A DNA stretch of 64,000 nucleotides from assembly GCF_902652985.1 (NCBI RefSeq), contig NC_047026.1, positions 26,288,001 through 26,352,000 of the forward strand, read 5' to 3'. Shown here piece after piece: positions 1 to 13,760 of the stretch (its first letter is position 1; every line of letters begins with the position of its first letter). The stretch is from Pecten maximus. Its lineage: Eukaryota. The notes below the pieces were generated by a model. That model did no database searches. It was not told the origin of the DNA and worked only from the letters and a program-made list of their open reading frames with translations. Made by a program: the position numbers and the translations under genes.

Positions 1-1067
1 GTATTAGACAGGATGTCCGTGTACAGAGGTTCTAAGTTTGTAAACTCGGCCGTGTGTAAACTGACTGTATTAGACAGGATGTGCGTGTACAGAGGTTCTA
101 AGTTTGTAAACTCGGCCGTGTGTAAACTGACTGTATCAGACTAGATGTCCGTGTACAGAGGTTCTAAGTTTGTAAACTTGGCCGTGTGTTAACTGACTGT
201 ATTAGACAGGATGTCCGTGTACAGAGGTTCTAAGTATGTAAACTCGGCCGTGTGTAAACTGACTGTATCAGACAGGATGTCCGTGTACAGAGGTTCTAAG
301 TTTGTAAACTCGGCCGTGTGTAAACTGACTGTATTAGACAGGATGTCCGTGTACAGAGGTTCTAACTTTGTAAACTCGGCCGTGTGTAAACTGACTGTAT
401 CAGACAGGATGTCCGTGTACAGAGGTTCTAAGTTTGTAAACTCGGCCGTGTGTAAACTGACTGTATTAGACAGGATGTCCGTGTACAGAGGTTCTAAGTT
501 TGTAAACTCGGCCGTGTGTAAACTGACTGTATTAGACAGGATGTCCGTGTACAGAGGTTCTAAGTTTGTAAACTCGGCCGTGTGTAAACTGACTGTATCA
601 GACAGGGTGTCCGTGTACAGAGGTTCTAAGTTTGTTAACTCGGCCGTGTGTAAACTGACTGTATCATACAGGATGTCCGTGTGCAGAGGTTCTAAGTTTG
701 TAAACTGACTGTATCAGACAGGGTGTCCGTATACAGAGGTTCTAAGTTTGTAAACTCGGCCGTGTGTTAACTGACTGTATCAGACAGGGTGTCCGTATAC
801 AGAGGTTCTAAGTTTGTAAACTCGGCCGTGTGTTAACTGACTGTATCAGACAGGGTGTCCGTATACAGAGGTTCTAAGTTTGTAAACTCGGCCGTGTGTA
901 AACTGACTGTATCAGACAGGGTGTCCGTATACAGAGGTTCTAAGTTTGTAAACTCGGCCGTGTGTTAACTGACTGTATCATACAGGATGTCCGTGTGCAG
1001 AGGTTCTAAGTTTGTAAACTGACTGTATCAGACAGGGTGTCCGTGTACAGAGGTTCTAAGTTTGTAA
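1..1067. repeat. Minisatellite, 66-bp unit (truncated by window start)
   Basis: GTATTAGACAGGATGTCCGTGTACAGAGGTTCTAAGTTTGTAAACTCGGCCGTGTGTAAACTGACT, about 16 copies, two units with an internal deletion. Confidence 0.97.
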
Positions 1068-1477
1068 GTTAATGTCTTTTATATAAAGTTGCGAGTGCAG
1101 ATATCAAAATAAATCATCTGTAGGAGGAAAGTCAGAATGAACCCGCTCATAACTGCATCTTGTATATTGAATTAATAAAGGTCTACAAACAACAATTACA
1201 AATTTGAATAATAATAATATTCTTTTGTAAATTTCATAAAATTATGTAAACGTTATTGTAATGCGTAATTCAGCTATTTTTAAATTCCACTACCATGTCA
1301 TAAGATAAATGCTAGTTCCGGAGTGTTGAGTTTTCAATATATTCCTAAAGAAATATACGTCAGGATTAAGGCGGGTGTATCACTTATATTGGATTAACGA
1401 GTTTAAATAATCCGGGTAAACAGGACTTTACCATATCTGTCCGGGTGAAAGACGTCACATAGACAGGATTCCGGACA

Positions 1478-2762
1478 TATGGACAGGTAACGACAGTTAG
1501 GGAAACTATGGACAGGTAACGACAATTAGGGAAACTATGGACAGGTAACGTCAATTAGGAAAACGATGGACAGGTAAAGACAATTAGGGAAACTATGGAC
1601 AGGTAACGACAATTAGGAAAACTATGGACAGGTAACGACAATTAGGGAAACTATGGACAGGTAACGACAATTAGGGAAACTATGGACAGGTAACGTCAAT
1701 TAGGAAAACGATGGACAGGTAACGTCAATTAGGAAAAAGATGGACAGGTAACGTCAAATAGGGAAACTATGGACAGGTAACGTCAATTAGGGAAACTATG
1801 GACAGGTAACGTCAATTAGGAAAAAGATGGACAGGTAATGTCAAATAGGGAAACTATGGACAGGTAACGACAATTAGGGAAACTATGGACAGGTAACGTC
1901 AATTAGGAAAACGATGGACAGGTAACGACAATTAGGGAAACTATGGACAGGTAACGACAATTAGGAAAACTATGGACAGGTAACGACAATTAGGGAAACT
2001 ATGGACAGGTAACGACAATTAGGGAAACTATGGACAGGTAACGTCAATTAGGAAAACGATGGACAGGTAACGTCAATTAGGAAAAAGATGGACAGGTAAC
2101 GTCAAATAGGGAAACTATGGACAGGTAACGTCAATTAGGGAAACTATGGACAGGTAACGTCAATTAGGAAAAAGATGGACAGGTAATGTCAAATAGGGAA
2201 ACTATGGACAGGTAACGACAATTAGGGAAACTATGGACAGGTAACGTCAATTAGGGAAACTATGGACAGGTAACGTCAATTAGGAAAAAGATGGACAGGT
2301 AATGTCAAATAGGGAAACTATGGACAGGTAACGACAATTAGGGAAACTATGGACAGGTAACGACAATTAGGGAAACTATGGACAGGTAACTTCAATTAGG
2401 AAAACGATGGGCAGTTAACGTCAATTAGGAAAAAGATGGACAGGTAACGTCAAATAGGGAAACTATGGACAGGTAACGTCAATTAGGGAAACTATGGACA
2501 GGTAACGTCAATTAGGGAAACTATGGACAGGTAACGTCAATTAGGAAAAGATGGACAGGTAACGTCAATTAGGGAAACTATGGACAGGTAACGTCAATTA
2601 GGAAAATATGGACAGGAAACATCAATTAGGGAAACTATGGACAGGTAACGTCAATTAGGCAAACTATGGGCAAGAAACATCAATTAGGGAAACTATGGAC
2701 AGGTAACATCAATTAGGGAAACTATGGACAGGTAACGTCAATTAGGGAAACTATGGACAGGT
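1478..2762. repeat. Minisatellite, 29-bp unit
   Basis: CTATGGACAGGTAACG(A/T)CAATTAGGGAAA, about 44 copies. Confidence 0.97.
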
Positions 2763-3079
2763 ATCTGATAAATACGTCATTACTAAAAGCACAGTTGATA
2801 TTAAAGTATATTTGTTTTATCTGTCAACGGAGGTTTCATTTTAACGTAAACGATTAACAGTAAAACCCATCATGACTAGTACATACGATACACTTCCGTG
2901 TGCTTTGGAACAAGATACTGTTATCACCGGGTCACATCACTAATTACATGTAACATTTATGTGTATTATCTCGTACCTTTCACCGACTAGATAAAGATTA
3001 TCAGACATTGTATACCACACATTGTTCTCTTGTATCTCGTATTCCTGCACACCAGACAAAATACAGGTGGGATGTAGTA

Positions 3080-3742
3080 GTGCGACGGATGTCTGGTGTA
3101 GTCCGTGTGTCCCCTGACCCTACCGCCAGACCAGATATGTGATGACAGAAGTCTGATGTAGTCCGTGTTTCCCCTGATCCTACCGCCAGACCAGATATGT
3201 GATGACATATGTCTGGTGTAGTCCATGTTTCCCCTGACCCTACCCCAAGACCAGATATGTGATGACAGAAGTCTGATGTAGTCCGTGTTTCCCCTGATCC
3301 TACCGCCAGACCAGATATGTGATTATAGATGTCTGGTGTAGTCCGTGTTTCCCCTGACCCTACCCCAAGACCAGATAATGTGATGATAGATGTCTGGTGT
3401 AGTCCGTGTTTCCCCTGACCCTACCGCCAAACCAGATAATGTGATGATAGATGTCTGGTGTAGTCCGTGTTTCCCCTGACCCTACCGCCAAACCAGATAA
3501 TGTGATGACAGACGTCTGGTGTAGTCCGTGATTCTACTCACCCTACCGCCAGACCAGCGACACGACGATATATGTCTGGTGTAGTCCGTGTATCTCCTGA
3601 CCCTACTTCCGTGAAACCAGCAACATGACGACAGATGTCTTGTGTAATGCGTGTATCTCCCAACCCTACTACCACTAGACAAGAGACGAGACTTCAGATG
3701 TCCGACGTAGTCAGAGTATCCCGCGGCCCTATCATCAGACCA
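3080..3742. repeat. Degenerate tandem repeat, ~60-bp unit with internal inverted repeat
   Basis: GTCTGGTGTAGTCCGTGTTTCCCCTGACCCTACCGCCAGAC core, about 11 copies diverging toward the right end. Confidence 0.9.
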
Positions 3743-4849
3743 AAGACAAGAGGACCGTAATCTATATTATATATAGTGGCCTTCATTTTTTTTATTCCCT
3801 TTTTTTTATTTTTATTCTGAACACACCACTAATTAACTTACAATTGTAATAAATTGCACATGTGCTCGCAAAGCAGGCGTTTTCGCAGTCGCTTCGCATG
3901 CGCATGTATTTTTTTAATTATATTTCTTACTGCTTTCCCGGAGATATCGAAGTTTTAAACATAAGTAGATATCTAGAAACACTGTATTCCGCGGAGAGTG
4001 TTATTAACGCAACATGTAGTACTATACAGCTAGTATGATGGATGGCGCTTAATTGGATATGATCTGTTCAGCACGCGCGTATTAACCACCTCACACCAGG
4101 ACATACGATTTGGTGTGATGTCTACGCACGCTGGACTCCGACTGACATCCTGTAGCATCTATCGACAGACGTGTGATCATATGGGATATTTATAATGGAC
4201 TGGGCCGTTTTCATCTCAAATAGAATAACCCACGTTACCATAACAACCAAGCTACACATTATAACAAAATCACAAAAACAAAACCTAGGTCGGTCCAACC
4301 TTGCCTACTATTGAAAATTTACATAAATTGCCACGGTTTCTTCCAATGGGTACTGCCCTCTTTGATGACGTCAGTAGTAAATCGAATTTTGACCTGATGT
4401 GTTACATGTAACACATTAATATGTGTACGAATGTACATCCAACGTGTTGTTTTCGTGAAATCAACATCTTTGGTTTTTATTTGTTCAGCATGCAGCGTAC
4501 CACACAGCCCCTGATGTAAACATTCCTGTGGTACCAGTAAACATCGTACGTGTATCCCGCTAGGTACGTGCCGATGTACATGTTTATCTCCATTTCCACG
4601 TGTCTGGCTCGGTAGTAATGCTACGATCAAAGTATATAAATTAGAAGAAACTCTGGCATCACAATGTTATAACTCAAAATGGTATAGGACTGACAAGAAC
4701 CCCGCACCAAATACTATTTGTATTTTATGTAGGACATAATCGCTATTTATCATCTCTGAAATATTTCATAACCCACATTCTTAAAGTCAAGTTTGAACGA
4801 ATCTCAGTGTTGTTTTTCGTGTAATATAATATTATCGTTGTGGAGAAAA

Positions 4850-5281
4850 TAAATGACGGAATCAGCAACATAATGTTCCTATGGCTAACAGATTATGCGA
4901 TTGTTGTAATTTAGAGGAAATTGAAGACGAGTATCATTTTGTACTACAATGTCCATTTTACTCTGATCTTCGTCAACAATATATTAAAAATTATTATTAC
5001 AGAAAGCTAAGTGTTTTCAAATTAGTCAAATTATTAAGTGTGAATAATGTAAAAGAACTCAATAAAACTGGTAAATTTATCCATTTAGCTTTTAGAAAAA
5101 GGGCAGAAAAGGTTAATAGTTAAATATCATTTTGTTAAACTAATGAGATGTATAAGCTTACAATATCATGTTGAACACTCTCCGACCATGTAACTGTTTT
5201 ATTGTATACCTATGCATTACCATGTTGTTATTTTCACTTATGGGCCGATAGGTCCTTGGAATAAATTGAACTTGTCTTGTC
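4850..5281 (+). mobile_element. 5'-truncated non-LTR retrotransposon (LINE) 3' end: ORF2 C-terminal Cys/His motif, 3' UTR and tail
   Basis: RLCDCCNLEEIEDEYHFVLQCPFYSDLRQQYI...KLVKLLS...KELNKTGKFIHLAFRKR is a typical LINE ORF2 terminus; AATAAA at 5260 is followed by a CTTGT-repeat tail. Confidence 0.85.
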
Positions 5282-5364
5282 ACGTGTTACATCTGTACCG
5301 ATATACAGGAAACACCCTCCCTAATATATCATAAATAAATGATGTGTGTACGTTTATATCATTA

Positions 5365-5460
5365 TTGAGTATGGGTTGACCCGATCAGGTGTTGAAAATG
5401 TGTGATCTTTAGAACAGCGGTGCTCGAACTCGCGACCTCTCACACAGCTTGTCTAACAAA
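5365..5460 (-). mobile_element. Decayed tRNA-derived SINE head
   Basis: Minus strand GAGAGGTCGCGAGTTCGAGCACC (B-box-like) followed by GATCGGGTCAACCCATAC. Confidence 0.35.
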
Positions 5461-5467
5461 TAACAGC

Positions 5468-6860
5468 TCTCAAACCTATAACATCTCGGACCTATAACAT
5501 CTCGAACCTATAACATCTCGAACCTATAACATCTCGAACCTTTAACATCTCGAACCTATAACATCTCGAACCTATAACATCTCAAACCTATAACATCTCG
5601 AACCTATAACATCTCGAACCTTTAACATCTCGAACCTTTAACATCTCGAACCTATAACATCTCGAACCCATAACATCTCCAACCTATAACATCTCGAACC
5701 TTTAACATCTCGAACCCATAACATCTCCAACCTATAACATCTCGAACCTTTAACATCTCGAACCCATAACATCTCGAACCTATAACATCTCGAACCCATG
5801 ACATCTCGAACCTATAACATCTCGAACCTTCAACATCTCGAACCTTTAACATCTCGAACCTTTAACATCTCGAACCCATAACATCTCGAACCTATAACAT
5901 CTCGAACCTATAACATCTCGAACCTATAACATCTCGAACCTTTAACATCTCGAACCTATAACATCTCGAACCCATAACATCTCCAACCTATAACATCTCG
6001 AACCTTTAACATCTCGAACCCATAACATCTCCAACCTATAACATCTCGAACCTTTAACATCTCGAACCTATAACATCTCGAACCTTTAACATCTCCAACC
6101 TATAACATCTCCAACCTATAACATCTCGAACCTATAACATCTCGAACCTATAACATCTCGAACCTTTAACATCTCGAACCTATAACATCTCGAACCTATA
6201 ACATCTCGAACCTTTAACATCTCGAACCTATAACATCTCGAACCCATAACATCTCCAACCTATAACATCTCGAACCTTTAACATCTCGAACCCATAACAT
6301 CTCCAACCTATAACATCTCGAACCTTTAACATCTCGAACCCATAACATCTCGAACCTATAACATCTCGAACCCATGACATCTCGAACCTTTAACATCTCG
6401 AACCTTTAACATCTCGAACCTTTAACATCTCGAACCCATAACATCTCGAACCTATAACATCTCGAACCTATAACATCTCGAACCTATAACATCTCGAACC
6501 TTTAACATCTCGAACCTATAACATCTCGAACCCATAACATCTCCAACCTATAACATCTCGAACCTTTAACATCTCGAACCCATAACATCTCCAACCTATA
6601 ACATCTCGAACCTTTAACATCTCGAACCTATAACATCTCGAACCTTTAACATCTCCAACCTATAACATCTCCAACCTATAACATCTCCAACCTATAACAT
6701 CTCGAACCTATAACATCTCGAACCTTTAACATCTCGAACCTATAACATCTCGAACCTATAACATCTCGAACCTTTAACATCTCGAACCTTTAACATCTCG
6801 AACCTATAACATCTCGAACCCATAACATCTCCAACCTATAACATCTCGAACCCATAACAT
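5468..6860. repeat. Minisatellite, 16-bp unit
   Basis: AACATCTCGAACCT(A/T)T, about 87 copies. Confidence 0.97.
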
Positions 6861-7269
6861 TTTGGAATGCGCGACCTCTTACACAAGGTCTTATATTGAC
6901 CTTGGTTATGGAATCATATTGGGAGCACTTGTAAGCTGTATTGTTATCTATATAACATGATACAATATCTAATGTACATATATAATAGTATGTATATCTC
7001 TTGTAACACCTCAATCCACCGGTAGATCACAATCTATATTATGTAATCTGCTAGCTTGCCTTGAGCTAAAAATTTCAATAAAAAGATTTAATTTGACCTT
7101 CATGTGCATCGAATGTCACAGATGAAGTGCGTGCACATTGTCAGAGTGATGTTTCAGACGGTCAAATTAACACAATATCATCGGACAGGTAGAAAACGGT
7201 AAAACGGATGTTTCATTTAGAAACTAATTATGATTTCGCAATTTTAAATTAATATACAAGTGTATAACG

Positions 7270-8618
7270 CAAACACTTCTTTTTAAACCTCGTGAGATAA
7301 CGTGTACACGTACACTTTTTAAACCTCGTGAGATAACGTGTACACGTACACTTTTTAAACCTCGTTAGATAACGTTTTCATTTCAACAAATTTTATAATA
7401 CAAGATGTTATAGTACAAAGGGATTTGACAACAGGCTTTGCCTATATCAGTCTTCTCCCACATAAATGACATTTTGATAAATAATATTGATAGAATTTTT
7501 CTAGACAAATTGAACAATAGAACTATATAATTAGGGTTATTTGTAACATTTGCACATACACTCATACACTCATAAACACATCATTGTAATATTTTAAGTA
7601 GTCATTCATAGTTTAATGGAATAGTTTATAGTTAGAAAGTATCAAAAGTTCAGGAAATATTTTTATTTATATACATTATATATATATATATAGAAAATAT
7701 ATAATCATACAAGATTTTGTAAAGTGTTAGATAACGTGTACATGTACACTTTTTAAACCTCGTTAGATAACGTGTACACGTACACCTTTTAAACCTCGTT
7801 AAATAACGTGTACACGTACACCTTTTAAACCTCGTTAGATAACGTGTACACGTACACCTTTTAAACCTCGTTAGATAACGTGTACATGTACACTTTTTAA
7901 ACCTCGTTAGATAACGTGTACACGTACACCTTTTAAACCTCGTTAAATAACGTGTACACGTACACTTTTTAAACCTCGTTAGATAACGTGTACATGTACA
8001 CCTTTTAAACCTCGTTAGATAACGTGTACACGTACACCTTTTAAACCTCGTTAGATAACGTGTACACGTACACCTTTTAAACCTCGTTAGATAACGTGTA
8101 CACGTACACTTTTTAAACCTCGTTAGATAACGTGTACATGTACACCTTTTAAACCTCGTTAGATAACGTGTACACGTACACATTTTAAACCTCGTAAGAT
8201 AACGTGTACACGTACACCTTTTAAACCTCGTTAGATAACGTGTACACGTACACTTTTTAAACCTCGTTTGATAACGTGTACATGTACACGTTTTAAATCT
8301 CGTCAGATAACGTGTACACGTACACATTTTAAACCTCGTTTGATAACGTGTACATGTACACGTTTTAAATCTCGTCAGATAACGTGTACACGTACACTTT
8401 TTAAACCTAGTTAGATAACGTGTACACGTACACCTTTTAAACCTCGTTAGATAACGTGTACATGTACACCTTTTAAACCTCGTTAGATAACGTGTACACG
8501 TACAATTTTCAAACCTCGTTAGATAACGTGTACGCGTACACTTTTTAAACCTCGTTAGATAATGTGTACACGTACACTTTTTAAACCTCGTTAGATAACG
8601 TGTACATGTACACTTTTT
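7270..8618. repeat. Minisatellite, 36-bp unit, interrupted at 7376-7725
   Basis: TTTTAAACCTCGTTAGATAACGTGTACACGTACACC; each unit carries the palindrome ACGTGTACACGT. Confidence 0.96.
7376..7725 (-). mobile_element. Short insertion, probably a 5'-truncated CR1-type LINE 3' end, with 12-bp target-site duplication
   Basis: GTTAGATAACGT at both 7364-7375 and 7726-7737; the minus strand ends ...GGAGAAGACTGATATAGG...CAAATCCCT...TATAAAATTTGTTGAAATGAAA, resembling the CR1-like 3' UTR at 58680-58794. Confidence 0.6.
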
Positions 8619-9611
8619 AAATTCACATTCACATCAAAGTCGGATCATTACGTAAGTAGATATGTGTTTTAACATGTTGATTATAGATTTTAGCGATTCT
8701 TCCCCGGCAGGTGTATTTGTTTCATTAATTAATTGTTTACAAATCATCAACCTCCTCAGTTGGATCGTCTGCCTTGGTTTTGACGAATGTAGTCTAGTTT
8801 TCTAATATTAACAATTGTAATCGATATTGAAATGGTCAAATTAATAATCCACTCAATTTCTGAGGCTCGCACATGCATGCAACTTATAAAGTAATGTAAT
8901 TTTTGGAATATTTTCTATCACATTTTAACCGGATTGATAGCTTCAGATAATAAGATACTGACTTTATAAAGATCACCATGCTTTGTCCTGATGAATAATT
9001 CTGACGCTATTAACTAACATGACATACACACGTCAGATCACGTACAAATCAAGCATTAATATGAATCATTAAAATCATTCTGTAGAGAAGCGTAAATAAT
9101 CCAACAGTTGATATACAAATAGTTGTAGTGCTAATTACGCGCATTTCCAGTCATTATACACTGTAATAATTTACATGGACAGTGGGTTGGAATATATATT
9201 TCTTCGGTATATACCTGATAAGAAATATCAATAATATTATTAAAGCATTGTAAATAGCGACCATAACATAACATATTAGTGTAAATAATGATTAATACCA
9301 AATAGAGCATAACAAGTAAGTAGTAACATATAAGTGATAACTAAGATTGACCCTCTAGGGCTTCCATGTGTGTGTGCAAATTGTAAACTATAAAACGTAT
9401 TTCATTGATCAACTCTGCGCATTACTTCCCTATTTTTAATCATTCTATAACGCAGGCACTATTTAAATCATTGTTATATCACGTGAACAGTTTTTAAACT
9501 CACATTCACATCAAAGTCCAAACCAGTACGTATGTAGATATGAGTTTCAATCTGTTGATTAACAACAATAATGTTGATTCTAGTGATTCTTCCCCATCGG
9601 GTGTATATTAC

Positions 9612-9791
9612 AATATCGTATATTGGTAAGTTTTAAGATATCGTATATTGGTAAGTTAACAATATCGTATATTGGTAAGTTTTAAGATATCGTATATTGG
9701 TAAGTTTTAAGATATCGTATATTGGTAAGTTTTAAGATATCGTATATTGGTAAGTTTTAAGATATCGTATATTGGTAAGTTTTAAGATATC
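9612..9791. repeat. Minisatellite, 25-bp unit
   Basis: GATATCGTATATTGGTAAGTTTTAA x7. Confidence 0.95.
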
Positions 9792-12700
9792 ATTCTTCGT
9801 ATATACTGCGTAAGTCATGCTGTAACCTGTATCAGGTTTTTGTTTGATTAATTAGATATAAGGCCACTAAACCATGATCTGTTCAGGAACCAAATTCATT
9901 TTGTTCTTATCTATATTCAAAAATAAAAAGGTGAACGTTTATAACCGTGTCTAGTTTCAATTAAGTTAAAAACTTAAATCCTCGCGTGCCAGTTTATTTT
10001 CTGAAGTAGCCTCCGCAGAATTGAATTAACGAGGATGGACGTTGCAGTATGGACAAACATCGACAGAGAGTAAACAAGCTGATCGAGTCCATTGATTTAG
10101 CCTGCATTTCAACACTTAATTGAAGTTGTTTAATGTAACACCGACTATCGCGTTATGGTGTTTGTGTTTATATTTCGTCACTGGACTGTGTTGATGGACT
10201 TGATGATGTTTACCCGGAAAATGCTGTAACTACAGAGATAAATAAAAAGTAAATTCCATTGCATGTCGTGTGCCAACACGCAAGATCAACAATCTTCTGG
10301 TACAGATTCGATTGGAAGGTGTCCAAAAGGACGGCGAGGTAACGATTCCACGTTCAAAACAAACAATGTTTTCATACGATTGGATTCGCATTTGCTCCCT
10401 CACCAGATAATAGCTAAATTAGCATTTTCCCTGCATACGTTTGCGTCACAAAATATTACGGGGTACAAAGTGCATCAAAAATCGGTAACCAATAGAAATA
10501 TTTGATATAAAAATTCCTGACCAATAGAAACACTGCTTACAAAGATATATAGATAGATGTTCTGTAGCAGCAGTTCTATTTATAACAATCCAAAAAGTAG
10601 ATATTGACCCATTTCTGTGTATATCCGTATCAAACACACATACACGGAAACGCGTGCGCTCGGGCAAGATGTAAACAGACAGGGAAATATACTGCGATGA
10701 CGTCACGGGATGTCGGTTGCTGTTCGATCAGCTGCCAGTTCCATTCATATAAAGTATTATCCGAAACAGGCGGCAACAGATAACGGTGTCGCTTAGCAGC
10801 CTTATAGCCGCACCATAGCAACAGGCTTGTAACTGGACTTGCTAATTAGGATTCGGCCATCGACCTCGTCTTTGACTGTTTGACCGTGTAATGATAAATT
10901 AGATTATGGTTAGAGCATACTTTTTTGAGATCTTAGCACTGTGATGCCACATTTCGTCAGTTCTCTCATGCTTCAAAAGTTTCTTTTGTGTTCTTCGTAA
11001 CAGTAAGGCGGTACTCGAACAATTTCTGGACGGTGGCTGAAATCAATGGTTGGTATGTCGTGGTTTCCGCTCAATAAAGATAGGCACGCCTGTAATGCTC
11101 AGATTATTGAAGTTATACCGTAACACTAATTTCAGTGAGCTAGACAATCTAAAATCAGCTGTAATATGCTCGTATGATTGCTGATGTTTGGAGACAACTC
11201 GTGCTGGACTCAGAGCTTACTTCATCATTTTTTTCGAATAAAACAAGTCAGTAGATCAATGCCAAGAGTCAATACATATTGTCCATCGATGTCATTAAAC
11301 TATCAGTGCAATTCATAAAAATAAACATAAATTTTCCCTGGATGTTGGTCTACATTAACCAACGTTCAAACAAATAAACACGTGATTTTCAGTCACTGCA
11401 TGTAATTCTTGTCATCAATATCACCGAATCTCGCAAACAATCCCACAAACATTCATATGACTATTAAAACGTCAACAGCATGTTAAGTGTCGAGTTCCAC
11501 GTGTTTACCTCGGCGAGCAAAACATAAGATACGGATATCAAGTATTAACGAGATACGAATGATCATGTGCTCGTTAAAACCAATAAACATAAATAAGTAG
11601 GTTTTACCAATAACAGTTCTAAATGACCTCATATCGAGTTATTCTCGTCTGAATTTGAATTTGGTGATAATCACATACTAGTATGCATTTTTAACTTGAA
11701 CTCCTTCAAAAATACTATAAATAAACTTCAAAATACACATTTTCATCAAAAGCCAAGGGAGGTCAAACGACTCTGTATAGAGAAGATGTGATGAATTAGA
11801 CAGCACCTGTATGTTGTTATTAACGAAAGATAACACTCTCAGTGTTTCATAATGAACAAGCTAAATTGTCTTTACCATTCCTTGAAGACTGAAACAAGAG
11901 TTCCTGTGAGATCATACAGTATTTCATCTTGATAACATATGAAAAAGGATTTTTTGAAAGCAAAATATCTTTTCTGAAACAATACGAACAAGGTTGTACT
12001 GTTTATATTCTTACGATCTGTCCATCCGTTCATTTTTCCCTGTACTGTTTATATTCTTACGATCTGTCCATCCGTTCATTTTTCCTTGTACCGTTTCGAT
12101 CTACCATCCGTTCAGTTTTCATTGTATCGTTATACAACATTGTATCCATCTCGTAACAGAAGACGTTTTGAATGTTTACTGATAAGGCATGAAACAACTG
12201 TTTTGTTACCTGAATATTTTATTAGGCTAAGGAACGCGTAAAAGTTCTTCAGTAAACTGTTTAATTTCGGCTTTGGTGCATTTTACGACGTAACTAACTA
12301 TCACGTTGATTGAACCTTTAAAAACAATTTAAACTTTGTGATTTTGCACGTTTCTGAAAATTGTGAAAATTGCAGATTTTGTTTCTCCTGGCAGATTTTC
12401 ACTTTCGATCAACAACAACGCCCAGAAAGGACGTCATACAAACGTCAATTAACAAACGTTAATCTACTAAAGAAACTGATAACTACCTCATTAAACGTGA
12501 TTAAATTGATTTGTTTATATAAGCATTATATTACACATGAACCAATAAAATATAGATAGGGTATTCACCGCTGCAATAGTAACGCCATTGTTGTTTTTGT
12601 GTGTGTTTTTTTTCTCCTTTTTTATTTGTTATTATTATTGTGTTTGTTATTTGTTTTTGTAGGAGGGGGGGATGTTTTTTGTTTGTTGCAGGTACACGTA

Positions 12701-13081
12701 ATAAAAACTATTAAACAGAATATCTTTAGTAACTTGTGTGGCTAATGATTTGGTATCTTTGCCACGCTCAAGAAATATATTCCACTTCTGAAGACACCAT
12801 TTGATAATCCTTTACATAATGAACAGTATATATATACTACGATGGTCTTTTCACTGAGCCCGTCTGCAATTCGCTTTTCAAGAAATTTACCTGGTTTTGG
12901 AATAATAGTTTCATTGACTTTCCAGGGTCCAAACATTGATACATATACCACACTAGCAGAATCCTTTGACAGTGCTGAAATAACTGATATTATTTCATTG
13001 GCTTTAACCTCAAATCATTATAAACTTTCGTCTTCATCAAAAAGAGGCCCATTGGGTCTGCATCGTTCACCTAGATATTTC

Positions 13082-13760
13082 AATGAGTACGGTAAAGACC
13101 ATGTCACCTTATTTCTACAGAAGGATTTTGAAGAGTTTGCTACATTTCCCCCACATCCCCACCCCTCTAACAGCCAGAGTCACCATTTATGCAAAATCTG
13201 CACCATCTACCCCCACCCCCCTTGGCAAATCGAAGGCACTCTACTGGCTATTTGACTGGTGTCAAGACAAAGACCCTGACATTACATAGGAGCGACCAAC
13301 ACGGTCAAAGCCGGTCGATTTGATGGTATAATTACCTGGACATTCTTTTGTGTACATCAAAGGATCAAATTAGTCTTGTTGTTTTATCCACAAGCTTACC
13401 ATTGTGTATTCCAGTGATGCAGAAAGCGAAAGCGAATGTGACCATTCGAGCATTCCTTCAACTAGCTATTGGTGTCAGTAAAGAAACCTGAACAATCGCT
13501 GTACATTTCTTTTGATGATTCCAGAGGATCCACAACCAAGTTCAAAGCTAGCCGACTTAAAGGTGTAGCCATATCAGGATTCGTTTGATATAAGCATGGA
13601 CTAGACAAAAGTCTTTTTGTGGATCCACCAGATGACGCTGACTAAGTCTTGGATTTGCAATGACATATTCCAGGAGTGCGGAGAGAGAAAGTGAACGCAA
13701 CCCCTGGAGTATCGAGGAGGTATAGCCCTAAGGCATAGCAATAGGTTGTGGACCTTCACA
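13082..13760 (+). mobile_element. Heavily decayed LINE ORF2 C-terminal remnant
   Basis: Frameshifted peptides FYRRILKSLLHFP...TARVTIY, QIEG, FLQLAI and GVRREKVNA resemble the post-RT region of invertebrate LINEs; many stops. Confidence 0.3.

Noticed and set aside
211-708. Repeat-derived ORFs (also 7650-8327, 27968-29085, 30087-30812, 32460-33395, 51935-53150, 61030-61523, 62164-62846)
   Set aside because: They are translations of minisatellites, often open in several frames or both strands, with frame-shifting unit lengths and no splice support
1478-2762. CRISPR-like arrays (29-46-bp repeats, some palindromic, here and elsewhere)
   Set aside because: The repeats are head-to-tail with no unique spacers, there are no cas genes, and the context is intron-containing eukaryotic DNA
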